From assembly GCA_002269645.1 (NCBI GenBank), contig NIVC01004718.1:1-37112 (forward strand): a stretch of 37,112 nt of DNA. The letters run 5' to 3'. Of this stretch, positions 13,837 through 24,150 are shown piece after piece. The position numbers were made by a program, and so were the translations under genes. The notes below the pieces were generated by a model that was not told the origin of the DNA, made no database searches, and saw nothing but the letters and a program-made list of their open reading frames with translations. Source of the DNA: Macrostomum lignano. Its lineage: Eukaryota. How positions within the stretch are numbered: position 1 is the first letter of the stretch; each line of letters opens with the position of its first letter.

Positions 13837-14369
13837 GTGAAACGCGACTTGGCATTCCTAGCGAATCAGGCCACGCCGCCGCACCTTCTGCCGGAGGCTG
13901 AGTCAGACCGCATCAGTTGCTACCCGGACCTCTGTCTGGAGGCCGAGTCCAGCTCGGAAGATTCTGTCGATAGCCCCGACGTCGCCAGCCGTCAGTTTCT
14001 CTGCCATCGGGCCTTCGTCTGCGGCCGTAGCGACTATTTTCGAGCCGCTGTCGACAGCGAGCTGAGCGACGCCGACTGGCTGGCCGACGGTATCCGGCAT
14101 CTCCGGCTTCGCTGCCTAAGCTTTGGCGAACTGGCCAGCGTGGTGGCCTACGTGTACAGCGACCAGCTGGTCATCAGCCGTGACGACGACCTCGACGATT
14201 CCAGCAGCTTCGCCGCTATTCTGGCTTTGATGTCGGCCGCCGATCTGTTGCTGCTGCCCGGACTGAAGCGGCTGTGCGCCGGCAGGCTGGAGACTCGGCT
14301 GGACTGTGACAATGTGGCCGATGTGCTGCGGCTGTCCCGGCTGATGCGGCTGCCCAGGTTGGAGGACAG
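13837..14369 (+). CDS. ABTB1: ABTB1 exon encoding the second BTB/POZ domain
   Basis: Contains FLCHRAFVCGRSDYFRA, VAYVYSD, ADLLLLPGLKRLC and LRLPRLED-type motifs, matching ABTB1 BTB2 (FLCHKAFFCGRSDYFRA, LLPGLKRLC). Acceptor TCACAG|GTG and donor AG|GTGAGC (phase 2). Confidence 0.92.
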
Positions 14370-14427
14370 GTGAGCTTTATTTGGGAGTCTTGCCTCTCTA
14401 TGCTAATCCCGCCTAATTCCAGTCGTT

Positions 14428-15170
14428 GAATCCTAGTCGGGGAAATCCCAATCAGGAGAATCCTAGTCGGGGAAATTCCAGTCAGGGGAATCCTAAAAGG
14501 GGAAATCAGGTAAAGTGGCTCGCTTGATGAAGAGTAGATAAATAAAGGTAAATATCAACATGAAGTATTATTTGAGTTGCCGATGCATTTCGTCCATTTG
14601 CATTAGGACATCGTCAGGGTCTTTTTATTTAAGATAAATAAATCTCCTGACTAGGAGAATCCTAGTCAGGAAAATCCCAGTCAGGAGAATCCTAGTCAGG
14701 AGAATCCTAGTCGGGGAAATCCCAGCCAGGTGAATCCTAGTCAGGGAAATCCCAGCCAGGAGAATCCTAGTCGGAGAAATCCCAGTCAGGAGAATCCTAG
14801 TCAGGGAAATCCCAGTCAGGAGAATCCTAGTCGGGGAAATCCCAGCCAGGAGAATCCTAGTCAGGGAAATCCCAGCCAGGAGAATCCTAGTCGGAGAAAT
14901 CCCATTCAGGAGAATCCTAGTTGGGGAAATCCCAGTCAGAAGAGTCCTAGTCGGGGAAATCCAAGTCAGAAGAGTCCTAGTCGGGGAAATCCCAGCCAGG
15001 AGAATCACAGTCAGGAGAGTCCTAGTCGGGGGAATCCCAGCCAGGAGAATCACAGTCAGGAGAGTCCTAGTCGGGGGAATCCCAGTCAGGAGAATCCTAG
15101 TCGGGGAAATCCTACCCAGAGAACTACCGGTCTGGGAAATCCTAGTCGGGAAAATCCTATCTGCGGAAAT
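14428..15170. repeat. Intronic 15-bp-unit minisatellite (AGGAGAATCCTAGTC / GGGGAAATCCCAGTC, often as a 30-bp dimer), interrupted by ~130 bp of unique AT-rich DNA at about 14510-14640
   Basis: Tandem copies visible inside intron 14370-15344. Confidence 0.95.
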
Positions 15171-15344
15171 CCATGTCATTGAAGTCCCATTTATTAAAAT
15201 CCCCTGTGCAATAAAAGCCCTATTCTGTATGATAAGTCCTGCATTTCGTAAAAAATACGCCTGTCCGTATCTTGTGCAGACTACTTATCGAGTAGTAGCA
15301 TCAGCAACAGACATTCCTCTCTCTCTATCTCTTATTAAAACAAG

Positions 15345-15564
15345 GTGCGCCGAGTACTGCGCCCGCCATTTGTCCGAGGTTCTGCCGCGGTCGGATTTCC
15401 GCCTGCTAATCATGGAGGACGCGGCCAGCGTTCGCGACCGTCAGGAAGCCGACACCATAGACATTATCGATCAGGTGCGCTCTCACCTGCCTAGAGGTGC
15501 CAGGTCAGCTCAGCTGAACCAGGACATCGACCAGTGCCTGGAGGAACTAGGACTCGAAGCTTGA
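15345..15564 (+). CDS. ABTB1: ABTB1 terminal coding exon
   Basis: AG|G join restores EDR-CAEYCARHL...EDAASVRDRQEADTIDIIDQVRSHL...LEELGLEA*, colinear with the ABTB1 C-terminus (EDQCTEYMAK...RQETDSIPLVDDIRFH...LVSIGLDC). Pyrimidine tract plus AAG acceptor at 15343-15344; stop TGA at 15562-15564. Confidence 0.88.
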
Positions 15565-15659
15565 TCGGCTCTTGTTTCAAAAGATTGATTTTAAGCTGAT
15601 AAACGCTTAGATGAAAAAGTTTTCTTTCAACACGGCACTTTCTTAATCTGCTGCCGGAA

Positions 15660-17033
15660 GCATCCTAAACTCAGTTGAGAATCATCCCTAAACTCAATTG
15701 AGAATCATCCCTAAACTCAATTGAGAATCATCCCTAAACTCAATTGAGAATCATCCCTAAACTCAATTGAGAATGGCCCCTAAACACAATTGAGAATGGC
15801 CCTAAACTCAATTGAGAATCATCCCTAAACTCAATTGAGAATCATCCCTAAACTCAATTGAGAATCATCCCTAAACTCAATTGAGAATCATCCCTAAACT
15901 CAATTGAGAATCATCCCTAAACTCAATTGAGAATCATCCCTAAACTCAATTGAGAATCATCCCTAAACTCAATTGAGAATCATCCCTAAACTCAATTGAG
16001 AATCATCCCTAAACTCAATTGAGAATCATCCCTAAACTCAATTGAGAATCACCCCTAAACTCAATTGAGAATCATCCCTAAACTCAATTGAGAATGGCCC
16101 CTAAACTCAATTGAGAATCATCCCTAAACTCAATTGAGAATCATCCCTAAACTCAATTGAGAATCATCCCTAAACTCAATTGAGAATCATCCCTAAACTC
16201 AATTGAGAATCATCCCTAAACTCAATTGAGAATCTCCCCTAAACTCAATTGAGAATGGCCCCTAAACTCAATTGAGAATCATCCCTAAACTCAATTGAGA
16301 ATCATCCCTAAACTCAATTGAGAATCATCCCTAAACTCAATTGAGAATCATCCCTAAACTCAATTGAGAATCATCCCTAAACTCAATTGAGAATCATCCC
16401 TAAACTCAATTGAGAATCATCCCTAAACTCAATTGAGAATCCCCCCTAAACTCAATTGAGAATCATCCCTAAACTCAATTGAGAATCATCCCTAAACTCA
16501 ATTGAGAATGGCCCCTAAACTCAATTGAGAATCATCCCTAAACTCAATTGAGAATGGCCCCTAAACTCAATTGAGAATCATCCCTAAACTCAATTGAGAA
16601 TCACCCCTAAACTCAATTGAGAATCATCCCTAAACTCAATTGAGAATCATCCCTAAACTCAATTGAGAATCCCCCCTAAACTCAATTGAGAATCCCCCCT
16701 AAACTCAATTGAGAATCATCCCTAAACTCAATTGAGAATCATCCCTAAACTCAATTGAGAATGGCCCCTAAACTCAATTGAGAATCATCCCTAAACTCAA
16801 TTGAGAATGGCCCCTAAACTCAATTGAGAATCATCCCTAAACTCAATTGAGAATCATCCCTAAACTCAATTGAGAATGGCCCCTAAACTCAATTGAGAAT
16901 CATCCCTAAACTCAATTGAGAATGGCCCCTAAACTCAATTGAGAATCATCCCTAAACTCAATTGAGAATCATCCCTAAACTCAATTGAGAATGGCCCCTA
17001 AACTCAATTGAGAATCATCCCTAAACTCAATTA
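15660..17033. repeat. 23-bp minisatellite AAACTCAATTGAGAATCATCCCT (variant ...GAATGGCCCCT), about 60 copies
   Basis: Highly homogeneous tandem copies, each with the perfect 10-bp palindrome CTCAATTGAG. Confidence 0.98.
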
Positions 17034-17369
17034 ATGCATACCGTGCCTTTCAAAGATCTGTGAGCACAGATCTGTACTATATATACTACTAATTTATCAA
17101 AAGTAAGACACTATCGCTATTTTCTTCGATGAAATGTTAATTATTTTACTAATTGAAAAAGCATTTTATCGTATTAAAATTGTTCACTCAGCTACCTTAC
17201 AAGAATTGAAATAAAATTCATGCTTGAATACACCATACACATTTGCATGGTACGAGCAGTTGTAGATTATACACAAACTTGAACTAAATCTTCTTCATAT
17301 TTGTTTATAAGCCTTGCACACAGACATAAGGCCATTGACAGTGTCTTACAGGACTGTTGTATTACGGGC

Positions 17370-17830
17370 CAGGGGTCAGCAAGCTCCGGTCCGGCGGCGA
17401 CTAGCGGCCCGCGACTCTCTCTATCCGACCCTCGCTTCCTTTGAAACTTCACAATAGCAATCCGGCCCGCTCAGGGTTTGTCTCTTCTCAGCTCTCTTAT
17501 CTTTTCTGTCTTCTCTCCCCTCCTCTCCCCTCGCCTCTCCCTCCTCTCATCTCTCCCCTCTCCTCCCCCTTCTCTCCCCTCTCCCCTCTCCTCTCCCTTC
17601 TCTCCTCTCTCCTCTCTCCCCTCATCTCCACTCTCCTCTCTCATCTCCCCTCTTATCTCTCATTCTCTCATCTCTTCTCTCTCCTCTCATCTCCTCTCCT
17701 CTCTCCTTCCCTCTCAACTTCCCATTTTCTGTTCCCTCTCTGTTCTCCTTTCTTTTCCATTCCGCAGTCATGCGCTTAGATTTCATATCTGGCGCATGGT
17801 CTTTACGTTAAAAAAGTTTGCCGACCCCTA
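17370..17830. mobile_element. Non-autonomous hAT-like DNA transposon (MITE), ~460 bp, with a CT-rich low-complexity interior (about 17476-17760)
   Basis: Left end CAGGGGTCAGCAAGCT versus reverse complement of right end TAGGGGTCGGCAAACT (13/16). Subterminal GCGGCCCGCG and ATCCGGCCCGC motifs are typical of hAT/Charlie-type ends. The TSD is only partial (ATTACG on both flanks). Confidence 0.65.
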
Positions 17831-18317
17831 GATTACGCCGTGTAGATACAGATTCTGTCTCTATTTTAAAACAACTTGCAACCTATTTTCAAGGACTATA
17901 GCTACTGTACTCGGTAACCCTTTTAACTGAACCATTGGCTGCCCTAATTTTCTGTAGTTTTCGTCTGGGGAAATTCCACAACAAGCTCTAATAAGCTAGA
18001 TATCTAATCTATATTACTTATCTATACATATAGGCGCCTACCGAATACAGTATAAGGATTGCATTGATCTATCCGCAGGTATTCCGTAAGCTGCACATAG
18101 TTTGGATAAGCTATTCACATGATCAAAGGACTGTTGTTAGATAAATGGCACGCCATATCTACTACTAGTATCTGTCACGCAGCATGCTTTAGCACCTGTT
18201 GCTGCTTTTGCTACTGAGCACGCGTTTGCAGGACAGGACAGGCCTGGCTATCCGATTAACATAACAGCGAATAGAATTTATGGCCTGTGCTGCAGTGCGC
18301 AGCAGACCTTAGTTAGT

Positions 18318-18347
18318 GGGAGGGGCCTGCCGGGGTGGGCGGGCCTG
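18318..18347 (+). promoter_or_regulatory. GC-box-like cluster (GGGAGGGG, GGGGTGGGCGGG) about 270 bp upstream of the ATG at 18617
   Basis: Sp/KLF-type motifs in otherwise AT-richer DNA; their position upstream of a candidate start codon is the only support. Confidence 0.25.
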
Positions 18348-18616
18348 GTTCACAAGTCGCAGGTCAAATCTTCAAAAGAAAGATTCAAAACGAGTTTTAG
18401 TTCTATATGTATTACTGGAAAATTACTGGAACAGTATGCGCATGTACGCTGGACGTGTATGCATAAAAGCCTGTGCGCTAGCGCGCCTAGACTTACATAA
18501 TAAACAACTTGTAGCTGCTCTACTACATGTATTTGCTGCTATAATTCTCTATGCAAATTCAAATGCGAGACACTGCCGCCAGCTTCTCATTAGCGATACG
18601 CCGGCGCCACTCCACC

Positions 18617-18999
18617 ATGGAGACCGGCGTCGGGGTCGACCCGAACTCGAATTCCGTTCGCCGGATTTCGCGATTCCGGCCGGTCCGTTTCCAGGAATAC
18701 CGGATGCGCTGGGGCTGCGCTGCCGCCTCCGTGTGCGACCTGCACGTGCTGGTGCCGCAGAAACGGGTCGAAGGATTCCGCGAAAACCCGGGCCGGTTCG
18801 CTGACCGACCGTTGCCAAGCGACAGAGAACTAACTGTTATAGCCGCTGGTGGCATCGGCGAAGTCGGACGCGCCGGCCGGCCCGGCCACTCCGGCTGTTG
18901 CGCAGTTCAGCCGCTGCGCTGCGAGTGGCGTCGCGCCATTGGCGCCTGCGTTCACGTCGACCGTTGCCTGCACACCGGCAGTCGAAGGAGTCCGGTGGG
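18617..18999 (+). CDS. Putative exon 1 of an uncharacterised two-exon gene (Cys/His/Arg-rich N-terminal half)
   Basis: Perfect Kozak context CCACCATGG, about 75-80% GC at third codon positions, and donor GG|GTGAGA at 19000. Phase 2 is compatible with the acceptor at 19736. No family recognised. Confidence 0.42.
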
Positions 19000-19027
19000 G
19001 TGAGAGACGAAGCCAATAAAATGGGGG

Positions 19028-19667
19028 AGTCACGAGAGGGGCCAGAGAGTCACCGCTAGGGAGACCATTGAGTCACTGAAAAAGCCAGAGAGTCACTGGG
19101 AAGACCAGATAATCACTGGGAAGGCCATACATGTAGAGTCACTGAAAAAGCCAGTGGGTCATTGCAGATGCAAGAGAGTCACTGGGAAGGCCAGAGAGTC
19201 ACTGGGAAGGCCAGAGAGTCACTGGGAAGGCCAGAGAGTCACTGGGAAGGCAAGAGAGTCACTGGGAAGGCCAGAGAGTCACTGGGAAGGCCAGAGAGTC
19301 ACTGGGAAGGCCAGAGAGTCACTGGGAAGGCCAGAGAGTCACTGGGAAGACCAGATAATCACTGGGAAGCCCAGAGAGTCACTGGGAAGGCCAGAGAGTC
19401 ACTGGGAAGGCCAGAGAGTCACTGGGAAGGCCAGAGAGTCACTGGGAAGGCCAGAGAGTCACTGGGAAGGCCAGAGAGTCACTGGGAAGGCCAGAGAGTC
19501 ACTGGGAAGGCCAGAGAGTCACTGGGAAGGCCAGAGAGTCACTGGGAAGACCAGATAATCACTGGGAAGCCCAGAGAGTCACTGGGAAGCCCAGAGAGTC
19601 ACTGGGAAGCCCAGAGAGTCACTGGGAAGGCCAGAGAGTCATTGGGAAGGCCAGAGAGTCACTGAAA
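19028..19667. repeat. 20-bp minisatellite CACTGGGAAGGCCAGAGAGT, about 32 copies, degenerate at the left edge
   Basis: Tandem copies. The diagnostic variant pair (GACCAGATAAT + GCCCAGAGAGT) recurs 200 bp apart (19341 and 19541). Confidence 0.97.
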
Positions 19668-19736
19668 GACAAAATTAGCTGTCCATGGCCAAAGCGATTC
19701 GTCAAGAAACTCAAAGCTGTCAATCCTGCAATGCAG

Positions 19737-20376
19737 AGGTCGAACCCACCGGCTGCCCAGCGACACCGCCGGCTGGGCTCAGGAGCCGGCGACAGCTCCT
19801 ATCGACACTCGCCGCCGACTGCTGCATCCCCCGCCGGTGTCAGTCTACTGGTACCTGTCGCCGCCGCAGCTGGCCACCCCGCCGACAACTCCGGAGCTGT
19901 TGCCGCCTCTGTCCGCAAATGTCGCTTCCTCCGCGGCATCAACTAGCTCGTCGACGGCATCGTCTCAGTCGTCGGCAGTTTGTCTCCGGCCAATCGACGT
20001 CAAGGACTCGTTGACGACGGCCGCAGAGGCTACGACGGCAGTGACCACTGCGGCTGTCTCGTGCAGCTCAACCGACATGCTGCTCGGCCTCACGGCAACC
20101 GCTGCTTCGGTGACCGCTGCGAAATCTTTGGTCTGTCGGCAGCAGTCGGCTGTCGAGAGGCGCGTGGCCTCGGTGGTTGAGCAGCTGCAGGACGCCCTCC
20201 TGGCGGCGGTTCGTGCCGAGACAGAACCGCTGGAACGCCGCCTGCTGGAGCGGGAGGCCCAGCTGAAGCAGCTGCAGTCCGAGCTGGAGGCCAAGGACGC
20301 CAGGCTGCGGCACCTCACCGCGCTGCTGTCCTGCCGCCAGTGCAGGGACGATGCCGCCGGCAAGAACTCCGGATAA
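19737..20376 (+). CDS. Putative terminal exon: S/T/A/P-rich low-complexity region followed by a coiled coil / leucine-zipper-like helix and CxxC
   Basis: The frame is open from before 19737 to TAA at 20374-20376. Heptad pattern LERRLLEREAQLKQLQSELEAKDARLRHLTALL, GC3-rich codons, CAG acceptor at 19734-19736, and AATAAA at 20924-20929. Confidence 0.6.
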
Positions 20377-20471
20377 AGACTTAACTGTTCAATTCTGAAC
20401 CTGCACCATTTGCTATTCGGCTGTTCGATCATTATGAATTGTTGCCATCGACCACCGGTTAGCGAGAGGGA

Positions 20472-20735
20472 AGGGGAACAAAGACCTGAACCTTCTGAGC
20501 CATGGACCCTTAAGAGGAGCAGTTAGGGGGAACAAAGACTCGAATCAAGACTCAGCCATGGAACCTTAAGAGGAGCAGTTAGGGGGAACAAAGACCCGAA
20601 CCTTCTGAGCCACGGACCCTTAAGAGGAGCAGTTAAGGGGAACAAAGACCCGAATCAAGACTCAGCCATGGAACCTTAAGAGGAGCAGGAAGAGGAACTA
20701 AGACCCAAACTTAGACTGAGCCATGGACTACTAGG
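20472..20735. repeat. ~55-57 bp tandem repeat with alternating A/B variants (GGGGAACAAAGAC...GAGCCATGGA(C/A)CCTTAAGAGGAGCAGTTA), 4-5 copies
   Basis: Units start near 20474, 20526, 20581, 20637 and a degenerate one near 20692. They alternate between CCTTCTGAG and TCAAGACTCAG cores. Confidence 0.9.
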
Positions 20736-21057
20736 GAGCAAGTGGGCGGGCAGTTACAAAGACTCTTTTACACCGGTATTTTCTGGCACAAGTGTATGGA
20801 CTTATTCAGCTCAGGTGAATTGCGTAATCAAAAATTGAACTGACCCCGACAGATATTGCTTGGTCGCTTGGAGATCCTAGCCGATTAAAGTGTCCTTCTC
20901 ATCACAAACCATTTTTTGTTGTAAATAAATCATTTTATCACCGGTGCAAACGCTGCTTGCTGGTATTCAGCGTTTTTTGGATAAAGACCTAAAATTATCG
21001 AGTTGAAGATGTGCAGCTTGTGCATTGTTTCAAACATACTTTTGATTTTTACTAACT

Positions 21058-21541
21058 TCTACCCTGACCCAATCCCACACCTGACCCAATCCCACACCTG
21101 ACCCAATCCCACACCTGACCCAATCCCACACCTGACCCAATCCCACACCTGACCCAATCCCACACCTGACCCAATCCCACACCTGACCCAATCCCACACC
21201 TGACCCAATCCCACACCTGACCCAATCCCACACCTGACCCAATCCCACACCTGACCCAATCCCACACCTGACCCAATCCCACACCTGACCCAATCCCACA
21301 CATGCCCCAATCCCACACCTGACCCAATCCCACACCTGACCCAATCCCACACCTGACCCAATCCCACACCTGACCCAATCCCACACCTGACCCAATCCCA
21401 CACCTGACCCAATCCCACACCTGACCCAATCCCACACCTGACCCAATCCCACATCTGACCCAATCCCTCACCTGACCCAATCCCTCACCTGACCCAATCC
21501 CACACCTGACCCAATCCCTCACATGCCCCAATCCCACACCT
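21058..21541. repeat. 19-bp minisatellite CACCTGACCCAATCCCACA, about 25 copies, G-rich on the minus strand
   Basis: Tandem copies directly visible. Confidence 0.97.
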
Positions 21542-21967
21542 AATCAGACCTTACACATTAAATAGAAATTCCATACTTCTGCGAGGCTACTTGAAGTAGC
21601 ACAATTAGAAAAGTTAGACAAGCTTTCTTCTGACTTTGTCTTCGGTCATTGATCTGATTAAGAAGTTGCATCTCTTCTATGGCTATTGAATTATTAATAT
21701 TTTTGGATAATCTGTCTATGAGGCTATCGGCATTGATTCATCAGGAGGTCCATCTAGACAGGACAAAAAGCTGAGGACACGGTCGCGGCATTAGCATTGT
21801 GCTTGTCTACCGCCAAAGTAATCAGAGTTAGGCATCTGGGCGGTCGCCTCGAATGACTAATTTATTTGACTGAATTCAGTTTGGCATCCAATGGAAGACT
21901 GGACTCTCTTGTGGGAGTTTGTTGGAAACTATTTGGCTGTAGCATCGAGATCAGAAACTAGGAGGTG

Positions 21968-23897
21968 GCACAAAGGACCTAAATGGAAAGTTAGACAGCC
22001 CAGAGGACCTAAATAAGAAGTTAGACAGCCTATAGGACCTAAATGGGGACCGACAGCCCTAAAGACCTAAATAAAGGAGTTGTAGACAGCCCAAAGGATC
22101 TAAATGAGGAGTTATAGACAGCCCAAAGGACTTAAATGAGGAGTTATAGACAGCCAAAGGATCTAAATGGGGAGTTATAGACAGCCCAAAAGACCTAAAT
22201 GAGGAGTTATAGACAGCCCAAAAGACCTAAATGGGGAGTTATAGACAGCCCAAAAGACCTAAATGAGGAGTTATAGACAGCCCAAAAGACCTAAATGGGG
22301 AGTTATAGACAGCCCAAAAGACCTAAATAAAGGAGTTATAGACAGCCAAAGGATCTAAATGGGGAGTTATAGACAGCCCAAAATACCTAAATGAGGAGTT
22401 ATAGACAGCCCAAAAGACCTAAATGGGGAGTTATAGACAGCCCAAAATACCTAAATGAGGAGTTATAGACAGCCCAAAATACCTAAATGAGGAGTTATAG
22501 ACAGCCCAAAAGACCTAAATAAAGGAGTTATAGACAGCCCAAAGGACCTAATGAGGAGTTATAGACAGCCCAAAGGACCTAATGAGGAGTTATAGACAGC
22601 CCAAAAGACCTAAATAAAGGAGTTATAGACAGCCCAAAGGACCTAAATGAGGAGTTATAGACAGCCCAAAGGACCTAATGAGGAGTTATAGACAGCCCAA
22701 AAGACCTAAATAAAGGAGTTATAGACAGCCCAAAGGACCTAATGAGGAGTTATAGACAGCCCAAAGGACCTAATGAGGAGTTATAGACAGCCCAAAAGAC
22801 CTAAATAAAGGAGTTATAGACAGCCCAAAGGACCTAAATGAGGAGTTATAGACAGCCCAAAGGACCTAATGAGGAGTTATAGACAGCCCAAAAGACCTAA
22901 ATAAAGGAGTTATAGACAGCCAAAGGACCTAAATGAGGAGTTATAGACAGCCAAAGGACTTAAATGAGGAGTTATAGACAGCCCAAAAGACCTAAATAAA
23001 GGAGTTATAGACAGCCAAAGGATCTAAATGAGGAGTTCGACAGCCCAAAGGACCTAAATAAAGGAGTTATAGACAGCCCAAAATACCTAAATGAGGAGTT
23101 ATAGACAGCCCAAAATACCTAAATGAGGAGTTATAGACAGCCCAAAAGACCTAAATAAAGGAGTTATAGACAGCCCAAAGGACCTAATGAGGAGTTATAG
23201 ACAGCCCAAAGGACCTAATGAGGAGTTATAGACAGCCCAAAAGACCTAAATAAAGGAGTTATAGACAGCCCAAAGGACCTAAATGAGGAGTTATAGACAG
23301 CCCAAAGGACCTAATGAGGAGTTATAGACAGCCCAAAAGACCTAAATAAAGGAGTTATAGACAGCCAAAGGACCTAAATGAGGAGTTATAGACAGCCAAA
23401 GGACTTAAATGAGGAGTTATAGACAGCCCAAAAGACCTAAATAAAGGAGTTATAGACAGCCAAAGGATCTAAATGAGGAGTTCGACAGCCCAAAGGACCT
23501 AAATAAAGGAGTTATAGACAGCCCAAAATACCTAAATGAGGAGTTATAGACAGCCCAAAGTACCTAAATGAGGAGTTATAGACAGCTCAAAGGACCTAAA
23601 TGAGGAGTTATAGACAGCCCAAAAGACCTAAATAAAGGAGTTATAGACAGCTCAAAGGAAGGCCCTAATGAGGAGTTAGACAGCTCAAAGGAAGGCCCTA
23701 ATGAGGAGTTCGACAGCTCAAAGGAAGGCCCTAATGAGGAGTTCGACAGCTCAAAGGAAGGCCCTAATGAGGAGTTAGACAGCTCAAAGGAAGGCCCTAA
23801 TGAGGAGTTAGACAACTCAAAGGAAGGCCCTAATGAGGAGTTAGACAACTCAAAGGAAGGCCCTAATGAGGAGTTAGACAGCTCAAAGGACCTAAGA
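21968..23897. repeat. 30-34 bp purine-rich minisatellite GAGGAGTTATAGACAGCCCAAAGGACCTAAAT, about 60 copies, ending in a block of a 33-bp variant (GACAGCTCAAAGGAAGGCCCTAATGAGGAGTTA)
   Basis: Tandem copies with a degenerate left edge and a distinct homogeneous variant block at about 23650-23880. Confidence 0.97.
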
Positions 23898-24150
23898 TAG
23901 AGTTGGAATTGGACCTTGGAGCTGAGAGCAAGGAAGGCCAATTGCTGAGCATTCCAATGCAACTGTTGCACAGTTAAGAGTAACCATAATACTCACTTAG
24001 ACTTGTTAAAAAATTTCCAGCATATCATCAATTATACTATTTGTATTTTAATAATGTGCGATTACTAATTTAATCATATTTTAATATAGCCGTTAGCACT
24101 ATTATTGCGATTACAATAGCAGAAATTTCGCATTTAGTAATTGAATTCAG

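Noticed and set aside
12713-14100. Antisense ORFs at 12713-12988, 12756-13007 and 13903-14100, and the N-terminal extension of ORF 13780
   Set aside because: These are shadows of GC-rich ABTB1 exons; the extension translates intronic repeat upstream of the acceptor.
14625-15182. NPSQE/NPSRG pentapeptide-repeat ORF (+) and ISPTR/ILLTG ORF (-)
   Set aside because: A 15-bp unit keeps frames open trivially. The repeat lies inside an ABTB1 intron whose flanking exons join in phase without it.
17441-17831. Leu/Ser/Pro-rich ORFs
   Set aside because: Translations of the CT-rich interior of the MITE.
18559-18855. Minus-strand ORF with faint resemblance to the RBBP6 DWNN domain (VSMVEWRRRIANEKLAA versus ISLCDLKKQIMGREKLKAA)
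   Set aside because: The similarity is short, the frame stops mid-domain, and it shares third positions with the plus-strand frame that has a Kozak ATG and usable splice sites. An HHpred search would settle it.
19154-23971. Repeat-peptide ORFs at 19154/19162 (+), 21030-21537 (-) and 23576-23971 (-)
   Set aside because: These are periodic translations of the 20-, 19- and 33-bp minisatellites, with no splice or start context.
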